Source of the DNA: a virus
Taxonomy: Duplodnaviria; Caudoviricetes
IMG/VR virus record: IMGVR_UViG_3300033182_000800
Span: 1-53,410 of that record
Direction: 5' to 3' (one strand)
DNA: 53,410 bases
A program made the translations under genes and the position numbers. Under the pieces are notes generated by a model, which saw only the letters and a list, made by a program, of their open reading frames with translations, was not told where the DNA came from and made no database searches. Within the stretch, counting starts at the first letter, position 1. Each line of letters begins with the position of its first letter. Positions 10,283 through 20,525 of this stretch are shown piece after piece.

Positions 10283-12004
10283 TTAGAATTCAATAATAAG
10301 CTTTACATCCTCAATCTGATCTGAGGCTCTTGTTACTGGTGAACGATTCTCAACATAGATAATGTCACCAGAGAACCTTTGTAGATCACCACCTGTCACA
10401 GAACCATTTCCATTAGCTGTTGCAGATGCGCCTGAACCTCCAGCTCCAGTTGTATTTGCAGCAATAACTTCGCTGTTTGTAAAGTATCCATAGATACCAT
10501 TGTATCCAGCAGTGGTTGAATTTCCTGCAGGAATAATGTCTGTCAAACGTAATGTGTTATTACCTGTGAAGTCAACAACTCTACCTGTTGCACCAGAAGT
10601 TGCACCTGTGACTAATTCATCAGCAGCAAAAGTTGTTCCGTTCCAAGATGTAAGAACGATAGTTGTTGCTTGATCTACTACAGATGCAGATGCAAAACTT
10701 CCATTTGCAAGTTTAGGTTGTGCAAGAAGTCCCACTTTTCTAAAATCGTTATTTGTAGTGAAGTTGTTTGATTCAGAATACTCAAGACGAGCATTTGTCA
10801 TCACATATACACCACCTAACTCTTTGACTGCATCAGAACCATGTCCACCTGCAGGTCCGATTACTGGTATGAGTGTTGCAGCAGTTGGGTTGTAACTGTT
10901 TGCCTGAGATCCATTTGAGATAACAGTTATTGTTGCATTTGAGTAGTTGTTACCACCCGCAACAATTGTCACTGCATTAATCGCACCAGTTGAATTGACT
11001 GTTGCTCTGGCATTTGCACCTTGTCCGTCACCAGAGATTACAATTTTTGGTCCAATGGCATATGAATCACCATCACTTGGTGCTGTTGCAACAGCAGAAA
11101 ATGTGACTACCTTTGTTGTTGCATTATAGTCTGTAATAGTTCCACCCATTCCCGATGCATCACCACTTGTAAAATAAATATCTGAATTCACGATACAATC
11201 ATCTACACTTAGAGCATTAAGTCCGAGACCAGCACCAGAAATTGTTGCCGAAGTTGTACTTGGTGAACCAGAGAGTGTTCCAGTTTCACCAAGATACTGA
11301 AGACCTCTGTTTGTCATGTGGACTACTTCAATTGCACCGTTTCCAGATGCAGCTGCTGTAACCTCAACATCATACTGTTTCTGGCCAGGTGAATTGTCAA
11401 AAGTATTTGCAAGATAACCATTTGCTCTTCTGACAGTATCAACAGGAATATAATTAGGTGTGACGAACTTGAGAGCATCTGCAGCAGAGATTTGATACAT
11501 GAACTTCCACTTGTATCCATCTGCAGTTGAAATGATACTTGTTCCAGTTCCAGTTGGTTTTACAGTTGATGTAGTTCCAACTGTTCCCGCAGATGTGGTA
11601 TCATTATTTGCCAAACACTTATATACATTGTAGTCATCAGTCATTACATAGAAATCTTGACTGAAAAGTGTTGCTGCATTGTGAGTGTATGCAAAATAAC
11701 TGGTATTATTAGTCCAATTCTTTCTTGGAATTGCATGTGACACATCAGAAGAAGTGATCTTCTTTGCAGCAATCATGTCTCGCCAGTTTTCGTAATGAGT
11801 ATTTGCTACCGCATCTGTAGGAGTTGGTGGAGTTTGATCATCCGTCCATGAAGTAACTTTTCCAATGAAAAGATACATATTTGTATTGAGGAGCCCACTA
11901 GAGTCTGTAACTGAAGTTCCAGAAGTAAAGGACACCTCATCAAACGCCTCCACAAATTGTTTTGCGTTATGAATTCTAAATTTATTAGTGACTAAAGCAG
12001 GCAT
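10283..12004 (-). CDS. gp8: Baseplate wedge subunit gp8
   Basis: FYVMTDDYNVYKCL, ADGYKWKFMY, GGHGSDAVKELG, SGDIIYVENRSPVTRASDQIEDVKLIIEF. Confidence 0.88.
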   Translation of the reverse strand: MPALVTNKFRIHNAKQFVEAFDEVSFTSGTSVTDSSGLLNTNMYLFIGKVTSWTDDQTPPTPTDAVANTHYENWRDMIAAKKITSSDVSHAIPRKNWTNNTSYFAYTHNAATLFSQDFYVMTDDYNVYKCLANNDTTSAGTVGTTSTVKPTGTGTSIISTADGYKWKFMYQISAADALKFVTPNYIPVDTVRRANGYLANTFDNSPGQKQYDVEVTAAASGNGAIEVVHMTNRGLQYLGETGTLSGSPSTTSATISGAGLGLNALSVDDCIVNSDIYFTSGDASGMGGTITDYNATTKVVTFSAVATAPSDGDSYAIGPKIVISGDGQGANARATVNSTGAINAVTIVAGGNNYSNATITVISNGSQANSYNPTAATLIPVIGPAGGHGSDAVKELGGVYVMTNARLEYSESNNFTTNNDFRKVGLLAQPKLANGSFASASVVDQATTIVLTSWNGTTFAADELVTGATSGATGRVVDFTGNNTLRLTDIIPAGNSTTAGYNGIYGYFTNSEVIAANTTGAGGSGASATANGNGSVTGGDLQRFSGDIIYVENRSPVTRASDQIEDVKLIIEF

Positions 12005-12050
12005 TGAGTAATCCTCCGAGAATTTTTAGTTATAGTTCTTTTATATTTAG

Positions 12051-15000
12051 TCAAGAAGGAACTAGTTCTAAATGATTCACTCTAATCGGCGCATCGGTGA
12101 AATCATAATATATTTCTTGACTTGTCTTTAAAAATGTATTGTTTGCAATATACTCAATTCTGAATTTTTGCTCTTCAAAATTAAGTAACTTATAGTCTAT
12201 AGTACCTTCTAATAAGATGGACTCATTTTCTTCAAGTGTGATGTATTCTGTTTCTGAACCCTCTTGTAATATTGCATTTGGATCTTGAGTACCAACCTCT
12301 CCATCCTCCATGAGAATGCCTTCACCAGTTTCATAAACAATATTATCGCCATGAATTTCTGATAATTCTTCTATTGTTGGACTTGTGCCAGTTGAGGTTT
12401 TTATACCATCATATTGAAACTGATACTCTCTTCCAGCATTATTTGTGTCAGTTGTACCAATCTCCGTCTTCATAGTTCTTGAAGCATCATTGATTGAACT
12501 TTTTTGATCATGTCTACCATATTCCAGCACATAAGTCTGTGCAGAAGTGTTTCCTAAATCTCTAATCATCTTATCTGCAAAGAATTCATCAACAAGATAA
12601 TCAGCACTACTACCTGTTTGTTCTTCAAGTAGAATTGCACCAACATCCACATTATATCTGTGATTGTCAACTTTTTCTGTTACAGTGACAGTATCACCAT
12701 CTGATAATACGAATCTTGCAAATTCATGACTACCATGTGGGAAATCAAAACCAACGATTTCAACCTCTGAAGTTATTGCTTCTGCTCTTCCAACCTCTCC
12801 TACAAAATTGTCACCACTTTCTGCAATTAAATTGACAGTTGGATCTTCTGAAATTAAATTATCAGATTGATTTACTGATAATCTATTGTCATTCAAGATC
12901 GTGACTTTACCTTCAGAAAAACTACTTGCAAAAGAATTCTCTGATAAGAAAAATACATCACCACCGCCGTCATTTTCATGCACAAGTCTATCACCATTTG
13001 CAGTCAACAAAATATCTCCGATACCAGTTGGAGTGTGTGACTCAAGAGTAATACTATCAGCAGTATTATCACCCTCAAGTGCAATATCTGCAGTAAAATC
13101 ACCTATAATTAAATCATAAGTCAGGTGTTCGTTACCTCTTTCACCTTCTGTTGCAAGATTATCAGCAGTATGTTCAAGAATAAAATTGTCTCCGTTTTCT
13201 GCAACAAATGGGTCTTGACCAACATTATTAAAATCTTCCATCAAAATTCTATCATCTGTTTCTACTGCAATACCTTCCCCTTCAATAATAAGGTCTAATG
13301 GGTCATTATTTAATAACCTTCTATTTGCAGACCTTACAGAAACTTCCAATTCAAGATTACCTGGGCCAGTTGTATCTTCAAGTTGTAATGGTAAATATAC
13401 TCTATCATCATCAGACTCCGAAAGAATTAAATCACCATCAGTTGTGCCTTCTTCTAATGTTATGTAACTTGTTGTAAAATCAGAAGACTGAGATGCTAAT
13501 CCGATAGAATCATCACCCTCTTTTATGAATCTATGACCAAATACTTCATCCACTAAAATATCATTATCATCTTCAAGCACTATTGGTGCATTAAAATCAT
13601 TATCAAAGTCTGTTCCTGTACCATTAACTACTGCTTGTCTGACATATTGTTCAAGTATAAGGTTTGAACCTCTTGATGTATCTGCAGATTCTTGAGTTAC
13701 AAATTTTTGGTTACTTAAATATGATTGTTCTAAAAGATATGGTCTTCCATCCTCTGTGGCTAACTCAAATAGTTCACCAGTTGATTCAGTTCTGTACTTA
13801 TTACCATCTTCTGTCAAAAGTTCAAATAATTCAGCACCAGTTGAATTTACAACTCCTGTTCCTTGGACTGTGAAACTTACTGCTCTATTTGTTCCGTATG
13901 CCAAATCAGTATATACTGGTGTGATTGCAGAAGCTTTAGAAAATGTTTCAATCGGATTATCATAGATAAATCTATCACCATTCTCTGCCATAAGAGTTTG
14001 ATCATCTTGTCCATCACGATTATGAATGATAATTGGTTGATTTTCAGCAGGAACTTCATCAAATAGTTGTGGGATAATTTCAACTTGTGTACTTCTTATG
14101 ACCTCATCCTGCATGGAATCTTCCATTGCAAGATAGATTGGGAACATACCCTCTGTTCTTTCAAGGAGTAAATAACTATCATCCTCCAATTTGAGTTGAG
14201 TACCATATCCCATATCCATAATTGCAAGACCAGTTTCTTCTTCTGGAAATTGAATCTTTGGAATGGAAAACCCTTGCGTTAATTCTCTATCAATTACTTT
14301 GACATTTGTATCTGCATCAATAAATTCTACAGTTTCAAGTGTCATTAATAAAGCATCTGGGCTGTTATCAATACCCATCATTCTATCATCATTTTCAAAT
14401 AAAATGTATTCGTATTCTGTACCCTCTTGCTCTATCAGATAATCATTACCATCTTCTTCAAGTCTGATATTGAATACATCATAATCATCTTCACTGACTA
14501 TTTGTGTAGATTCTTCGGCAGGTTCAAACAACAGATAATTTCTTGAACCATCTGTTCCTGTTTCAAGTTCAAGGTTTGACTCATCCTCTTGAATGATTGA
14601 ATCAAAAAATTCTTCTGTCTGTAATTTTGAATGTCCATCATCTAAAAGTAGACTACCACTTGTTGCAGTTTCATAAGCAATAGTGTCTCCAGCAGATTCT
14701 ACAGCAACACCTGCATTTGCATGTTCAAGAACTAAATCAAACTCTTGGCCTGGAAAGTTTACTCTACCATCTAAAACATCTGGTGTACGAACTGGTTTAT
14801 GAACTGAGGCCTGCATTGCAATCTGAACATTTGACGAAACTGTGTTCTGAGTTGCAATGGTAATCTCATGTACTCTATCGTATGGGACATTTGATGTATT
14901 GGAAACAAGTTGGGTATTTGCTACTGCATAGTTATTGTTTCCAGACCCAGTGCTGTACATTTTGGTTTCGGCATTAAGATACATCACAATCTCACCAAAC

Positions 15001-18000
15001 AGTGCAAGACCTGCTGGGTGGACAAGATTCAAGATTTTATCTCTATATGTTTTTGTGTCTATGTCTGTTTTGATTACATAAGAGAAATCTTGATAGTAGT
15101 AATTGTCCTGCATTCTTCCTTGTCCAGAAAGAAGACCTTGAGGACCACCAAAGAATCCATCATACTCTGCAAGAGCACCAAGAGTTGCAGTTAGAGTTGC
15201 ATCTCCACCACCTACACCTGATGCATCAAGAGTTGGAGCAGATGTGTAGTTTGCACCAAAATTATAGATTGAAACTGATTGTATGGCACCAATTGCAATA
15301 GATGAAATACTAATTGTTGCATTATTACCAGCAATACCTGTGTTTGCAAATATAGAATTACTTGTAGCCACATTTGCAGAAACAATTCTTCTAGTCCTGA
15401 GATTGGACTCACTCGTATCTGTGGGTGTGGAAGGAAATGTGACTGTAAATACAGATGAGTTTGTAACTGCAGCAATTGTGTGATTATTATTGTATACAGT
15501 TGCATCTGTACCAGAACTAGAACCTGTTACAACGATTCTCTGCCCTGCAGTAAATCCGTGATCTACTTGAGTAAAGGTAGCAGTGGCACCAGAAGTTGAA
15601 ACATTGGCCGTTCCAAAGTCACCTATACCTACTGGATTTTCATCTGCATTGTTGGTATATGCAGTAAGTGTGTCACCTGAAGAAAAGTTATTACTGGTTG
15701 TCATCTGTACTCTGAGCACAGTATTTCCAGTTGACACCAAAGATGTATTTGAAGTTATAGGACCAAGGACAAGACCAGTTGCAGTATTTCCTTGATTTTT
15801 GACAATGGTATTACCACTAAACTGATTTGCAATTGCTGATGCAAGAGTTACAAAAACAGAATTTGCTCCCACTTTGTCTGGAGCATTTTGTAAAGATTCT
15901 ATCTTTGTATTTGCAACAGATACAACTGGAATTTGTGTATATCCTTGTCCCGAAGATAGAACTTGTATTGAACGAATTGCTCCAACTTCAACCTCTGTTA
16001 ATGTACCTGCCAGTGCACCGTGATATGTGTTTGAGGTGACAACTGCAGGTGTATTTGCAAAAACTACATTTGCACCAGTATCCGATAAAACTGCATTATG
16101 TCCATTTGCAGATGCGGGTGATCCAGTACCATCTCTTTGTGTATCATAGACAAAAACAGTTTCAGTATTTTCAAAGTTTCTTAAAGTTTTTGTTCCTGTC
16201 ACTGAATCAATTACAATTGAACCTAATGCATAAATTATTGTATTTGGTGTAGTCGTGGTATCTACTGAAACTACTGTTCCAAATTTTGCAGTATTGGCAT
16301 TGTAATTAGTGTCATTGGCAATTGATTCAATGTCAAATCTTCTAACTCCACCACCTGTTTCAGTAGTAAGTGTGTCTCCATTTTCTGCCAATAACTGACT
16401 GATACTTAATTCAAATAGTAAATCACCTTTCTTTGGTGCAGTTCCTGTGACTCCTGCAGAAAACGTAGTAGTTGAATTTGAGAATAGATGTGTGTTTGCA
16501 TTTGCAGAATCAAGTGGTACTGTAAATCCAGATGAGCTTAATAAATCATCTCTGTGTGGATTGATAGGTAAAGAATCATTGAAAACATTTGCCGTTGGAA
16601 TGATGGTCTGTACACGAGCAGCTCCACCACTACCACCAGTACCCTCATTAATGAATGTAACTGAATCACCGACAGAGAATCCATCGCCTGGATCTATAAT
16701 GTCAAATGAACTAATTGTAGCATCAGATACAGAAGCAACTTTAATACCACCTTCTCTTCCACCACCACCTGTGACTGTGATCTCGTCACCTACTGTATAG
16801 TTTGAACCACCAGAATCAATTGATACAGAAGCAATTACACCTGTCAATGGTGCAGTTGCATAATTACCATCATCGTCTGCAGTTGTGGTTGTAATTCTAT
16901 CGTTTGTTAGAAAAGAAGTAAACCCTGAATCTGTGTTTGCGTTGTATGCAGCATTGTTTGCATCTATATTTGAAAGATACAATTCAGAAATTGTTGTAGA
17001 ACCAACTTGATATGTCTCCGATCTTTCCACAAGAGCAGAAACATTTGAAACGGAACCTCTGATAGTTCTACCTTCAAATGATGCAAAATTGTTTGCCTGA
17101 TCTCTATCAATTTTGAGTGTCTTGTTGAGAGTCCATCTACCATCAGACAATCTCATTATATCTGTGCTTGGATAGTAGAAGGTTACATCTTCTTTACCAT
17201 AAAGGATTCTAAAAATATATTGGAAAGATGCCTCATTACCCTTTGCTCTGTAGAAGTCTTTGATATTTTTGAGTACCTGTGCCTTGTCGGCCAACATACC
17301 TTTTGAAAGACCTTGTAGAAATTCTTTACGAAAGAGTTCTATAAAACCTGCAGGAGCCTTGTCTACATCTTGAAATGCTTTTACGTTTCTGGAAGCATTG
17401 AGTGGTTGTCTTGTGTATGCGGTAACATTTGCAGAAACTCTTGAGGTCTGTCCAACGATCCTCTCACCAATCTGAAAGTTGCCATTACTTGTTTCTTCAA
17501 CGTATGCTTGAGTTGTTGAATATTTACCTCTGACTACACCAGTTGCTCCTGAATTGGCGCCCTTGATTGTTTCACCACTTAAAAATTGATCACCCTGTCT
17601 GTTAGGATTTTCAAGGTCAATATATTCTGAATTTGTATTCGCAGAATCTGTATTACCATTCTCAAGAGAGATAAACGGAGTTGTATTTGCAATAGATAGA
17701 CTACCACCCATACCAGAATGATTATTACAATAATAGTATAGAGTGTTCCCTGCTAAATCTGGTGTGATGTAGATTGATGTTTGTGCACCGGCCTCGCCAG
17801 GAGTACCAAATGCAATCATATTAACACCATTAGAATACTGTTCACCGCCTGGAGTGTGTCTTCCATTAGGAGTCAGCGATATACGGAGTGGATGATTTAA
17901 ATTTGTTGCATCACTCTGGTCAAATATGTAAGTTGTACCAGTATTTACGGAAAGAGTAGGAGATGTTTTACTATCAACGTAATATTTGTTTGCATTATTA

Positions 18001-18227
18001 CTATATGCATTGTCACCCGTCGCAACTGTAACTGTAAAAGTTACATTGGCAGATTCTTGGATGGGTTTATCTTCATTCAGATCAAGGTCGTTAAAAGTAA
18101 TCAGATTGAGTTCTAAAAACTCATAATACTTCTCAACAAACTTTGCAAACTTTGGATGTTTGGTCTGTATGAATTGTGGTAATTGCTGTTCAATATGAGT
18201 AAAAACAGCCCCGCCGTCTGATCTCAT
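12051..18227 (-). CDS. gp7: Baseplate wedge initiator gp7-like, greatly extended
   Basis: IEQQLPQFI...FVEKYYEFLE, IKDFYRAKG, QDNYYYQDFSYVIK...VHPAG; lies between gp6 and gp8. Confidence 0.8.
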   Translation of the reverse strand: MRSDGGAVFTHIEQQLPQFIQTKHPKFAKFVEKYYEFLELNLITFNDLDLNEDKPIQESANVTFTVTVATGDNAYSNNANKYYVDSKTSPTLSVNTGTTYIFDQSDATNLNHPLRISLTPNGRHTPGGEQYSNGVNMIAFGTPGEAGAQTSIYITPDLAGNTLYYYCNNHSGMGGSLSIANTTPFISLENGNTDSANTNSEYIDLENPNRQGDQFLSGETIKGANSGATGVVRGKYSTTQAYVEETSNGNFQIGERIVGQTSRVSANVTAYTRQPLNASRNVKAFQDVDKAPAGFIELFRKEFLQGLSKGMLADKAQVLKNIKDFYRAKGNEASFQYIFRILYGKEDVTFYYPSTDIMRLSDGRWTLNKTLKIDRDQANNFASFEGRTIRGSVSNVSALVERSETYQVGSTTISELYLSNIDANNAAYNANTDSGFTSFLTNDRITTTTADDDGNYATAPLTGVIASVSIDSGGSNYTVGDEITVTGGGGREGGIKVASVSDATISSFDIIDPGDGFSVGDSVTFINEGTGGSGGAARVQTIIPTANVFNDSLPINPHRDDLLSSSGFTVPLDSANANTHLFSNSTTTFSAGVTGTAPKKGDLLFELSISQLLAENGDTLTTETGGGVRRFDIESIANDTNYNANTAKFGTVVSVDTTTTPNTIIYALGSIVIDSVTGTKTLRNFENTETVFVYDTQRDGTGSPASANGHNAVLSDTGANVVFANTPAVVTSNTYHGALAGTLTEVEVGAIRSIQVLSSGQGYTQIPVVSVANTKIESLQNAPDKVGANSVFVTLASAIANQFSGNTIVKNQGNTATGLVLGPITSNTSLVSTGNTVLRVQMTTSNNFSSGDTLTAYTNNADENPVGIGDFGTANVSTSGATATFTQVDHGFTAGQRIVVTGSSSGTDATVYNNNHTIAAVTNSSVFTVTFPSTPTDTSESNLRTRRIVSANVATSNSIFANTGIAGNNATISISSIAIGAIQSVSIYNFGANYTSAPTLDASGVGGGDATLTATLGALAEYDGFFGGPQGLLSGQGRMQDNYYYQDFSYVIKTDIDTKTYRDKILNLVHPAGLALFGEIVMYLNAETKMYSTGSGNNNYAVANTQLVSNTSNVPYDRVHEITIATQNTVSSNVQIAMQASVHKPVRTPDVLDGRVNFPGQEFDLVLEHANAGVAVESAGDTIAYETATSGSLLLDDGHSKLQTEEFFDSIIQEDESNLELETGTDGSRNYLLFEPAEESTQIVSEDDYDVFNIRLEEDGNDYLIEQEGTEYEYILFENDDRMMGIDNSPDALLMTLETVEFIDADTNVKVIDRELTQGFSIPKIQFPEEETGLAIMDMGYGTQLKLEDDSYLLLERTEGMFPIYLAMEDSMQDEVIRSTQVEIIPQLFDEVPAENQPIIIHNRDGQDDQTLMAENGDRFIYDNPIETFSKASAITPVYTDLAYGTNRAVSFTVQGTGVVNSTGAELFELLTEDGNKYRTESTGELFELATEDGRPYLLEQSYLSNQKFVTQESADTSRGSNLILEQYVRQAVVNGTGTDFDNDFNAPIVLEDDNDILVDEVFGHRFIKEGDDSIGLASQSSDFTTSYITLEEGTTDGDLILSESDDDRVYLPLQLEDTTGPGNLELEVSVRSANRRLLNNDPLDLIIEGEGIAVETDDRILMEDFNNVGQDPFVAENGDNFILEHTADNLATEGERGNEHLTYDLIIGDFTADIALEGDNTADSITLESHTPTGIGDILLTANGDRLVHENDGGGDVFFLSENSFASSFSEGKVTILNDNRLSVNQSDNLISEDPTVNLIAESGDNFVGEVGRAEAITSEVEIVGFDFPHGSHEFARFVLSDGDTVTVTEKVDNHRYNVDVGAILLEEQTGSSADYLVDEFFADKMIRDLGNTSAQTYVLEYGRHDQKSSINDASRTMKTEIGTTDTNNAGREYQFQYDGIKTSTGTSPTIEELSEIHGDNIVYETGEGILMEDGEVGTQDPNAILQEGSETEYITLEENESILLEGTIDYKLLNFEEQKFRIEYIANNTFLKTSQEIYYDFTDAPIRVNHLELVPS

Positions 18228-20104
18228 TAGTAACTACTGCTAGAAGTGGAAGTTGTTGCTGTAGTTGTGACCGAAGTGGTCGTTGCATCTACTGCAGTAT
18301 TTTGTCCAGTGCCTCCTGTGTCAATCATTGAAACAGTAATATCATTATTAGAAATAAGAAGGATTTGTTCTCTTAGAGGCCTTATGTCATTTGAAGACAA
18401 TGCAACTGTAACCTCTACATTTGATGTTCCATCTGCAATGGCAGTTGGTTTAAAAGTTGTCAATGCAACATTACCTGAAGCATAAGTGACAGAACCAACA
18501 TTATTTGCAACTATGATTCTATCTGCACCAGAAGTTCTGTAAACTTGTAGAACACCATTTGAATCTTGTAATGCACAACCTGTTCTCAAAATGCCATTAT
18601 CATCTTCATGTGTGAATTGTGTACTTGATAACTGTGCAACACCATTAACCACTGGAATTTGGTTTGAAAATTTTAAAGTGTAAGAACTTGATACATTTAA
18701 AGTTGGCGTAAAAGTTCGTTTTAACTGCACAGTTGTCAAACTACTTTCAATTGAACTCTCTGTTTCGTCAATCTTTTTTATCATGGGAGAGTATCTAAAC
18801 TGATTTGAAAATAAGCCCAATTCAGTCTGTCCATACTGATAGATTGTATTTGTTATATTTGATTGAATCGTGGCAGCAGTTAAATCAGTTTCAACTGAAT
18901 TATATTTGATCGTAGTATTGACTTTGATGTAAAGATAGTCTGGGTCTGTAATTTCTGGTGTGACAGAGACTATATTTCTATTTTTCAATACTGTGTTTTT
19001 GATAAAAGTTTTTGTTGCATCAGATAAAGTCAATCCACCTGCTGGTTTTACGGCAAGATAGACTTTACCATAAACTGGTGGGTCATTATCCTCACCTCCC
19101 CATGCGATGACCGACTCCGCAGCAGTATAATCTCTTTGTAGAATACGAATATAGTCATTCAATGTGACTGCTCTGTTTTGTGCCTGAAAACTTCTTGGTG
19201 CATTAAATTTAATTTTCTGCACAGTATCTCTAACCGAACCACCTGAAGCAGACGATAAAGTAGAAACCACTACGTTTGCATATCCACCGACAGTTCCGAC
19301 TGGTGCAAAAGTAGATGCACCATTTGGTTGATCAGCATCTGCAATGAGTGATTGTAGAATGACTATGTTGCCAGTTACTGGTTTTCTTCCTATAATGTCA
19401 TCACCAAATAAGACTTGATACTTGCCATCTTCTGCTTCTTCCAAGAAATAAACATTTGAAGTTGAATTAACTGTGGTAGTATCATTCGCAACAGAATAAA
19501 CAAAGGTATTACTGTCTGATGCTGAGGTCTGTATTTTTACAACCAGAGTGCTTGTATCTGTATTTGCATTTGGTAAGATGAATTTTTGATCTGGATCATT
19601 AGTATTTGCAGTATAACGATGTGTTAATGGTAGACCCTGTGACAACTCAACATTCGCTGAGGTGTATATTCCGTTTGCATTTACGTTGATTGTGGTAGAT
19701 GTTGTGGTTGCAAAAACATAAGCAACACCATTGACTGTGGATGCAAATTGAGTATCTTTTGCAATCACTATTGTAGAAGGTGTGTCAGTTGGATAGATTG
19801 TCAGATCAACATATGCTTTGGCACCCCTGACAGATTGTGGTGTGTATCCAAGATGTTTGGCTCTTGATACAACTGAATTTCTAATTGATGCTGTATCAAG
19901 AAACATCTCATTGACAATCATATTCAGATAGAATGCATTATAATGAGTATTGTACGAGAGTAAGTCAAGGAGTACAGACATTGCAGAACCATCAAAATTA
20001 TAATCAGCAAATTCATTCTGATCGCTGAGAAAATTCTTCAGGTTGGATTTAATTGTATCAAAATCTAATTCCGAAACTCTCAATTTTGATGAAACATCTG
20101 CCAT
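18227..20104 (-). CDS. gp6: Baseplate wedge subunit gp6
   Basis: ELDFDTIKSNLKNFL, LLDLLSYNTHYNAFY, AQNRAVTLNDY, WGGEDNDPPVYGKV. Confidence 0.93.
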   Translation of the reverse strand: MADVSSKLRVSELDFDTIKSNLKNFLSDQNEFADYNFDGSAMSVLLDLLSYNTHYNAFYLNMIVNEMFLDTASIRNSVVSRAKHLGYTPQSVRGAKAYVDLTIYPTDTPSTIVIAKDTQFASTVNGVAYVFATTTSTTINVNANGIYTSANVELSQGLPLTHRYTANTNDPDQKFILPNANTDTSTLVVKIQTSASDSNTFVYSVANDTTTVNSTSNVYFLEEAEDGKYQVLFGDDIIGRKPVTGNIVILQSLIADADQPNGASTFAPVGTVGGYANVVVSTLSSASGGSVRDTVQKIKFNAPRSFQAQNRAVTLNDYIRILQRDYTAAESVIAWGGEDNDPPVYGKVYLAVKPAGGLTLSDATKTFIKNTVLKNRNIVSVTPEITDPDYLYIKVNTTIKYNSVETDLTAATIQSNITNTIYQYGQTELGLFSNQFRYSPMIKKIDETESSIESSLTTVQLKRTFTPTLNVSSSYTLKFSNQIPVVNGVAQLSSTQFTHEDDNGILRTGCALQDSNGVLQVYRTSGADRIIVANNVGSVTYASGNVALTTFKPTAIADGTSNVEVTVALSSNDIRPLREQILLISNNDITVSMIDTGGTGQNTAVDATTTSVTTTATTSTSSSSY

Positions 20105-20107
20105 CCT

Positions 20108-20500
20108 TTACCTCTCTCTTTGTAAGAAAACTTCAAGAGTTTGTTCTTCTATTTGATTGATAATTCTAAAAGTTACTGCCACTCTGTATCTGTTATTCTC
20201 TTCTTCTGGTGTGACAACAATTTCAAGAACTTCTGCTCTACCCTCCCATGCCTCAATTGCAGACCTGACCTCATCCTCTAATATAGATGCAGTCAAATCT
20301 GACATCTGTTCAAATAATAAATTTTTAATCCCAGAACCAACTTCTGGTTGAAAGAGTCTTTCTGTATTTTCTGTCAAGAGAATATTCTTAATGCCACGTT
20401 TTACAGAAACAGCATCTGCCACTGTCACTAAATCACCAGTAATTGGATTTGCAGTGAAGTCTAAATCTAAATCTTTATATGTTTTTGTATAGGTTGGCAT
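20108..20500 (-). CDS. gp25: Baseplate wedge subunit gp25
   Basis: YKDLDLDFTANP, ERLFQPEVGS...LLFE; directly upstream of gp6. Confidence 0.92.
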   Translation of the reverse strand: MPTYTKTYKDLDLDFTANPITGDLVTVADAVSVKRGIKNILLTENTERLFQPEVGSGIKNLLFEQMSDLTASILEDEVRSAIEAWEGRAEVLEIVVTPEEENNRYRVAVTFRIINQIEEQTLEVFLQRER

Positions 20501-20525
20501 ACATCTCTCCTTACTATTTATTTAG

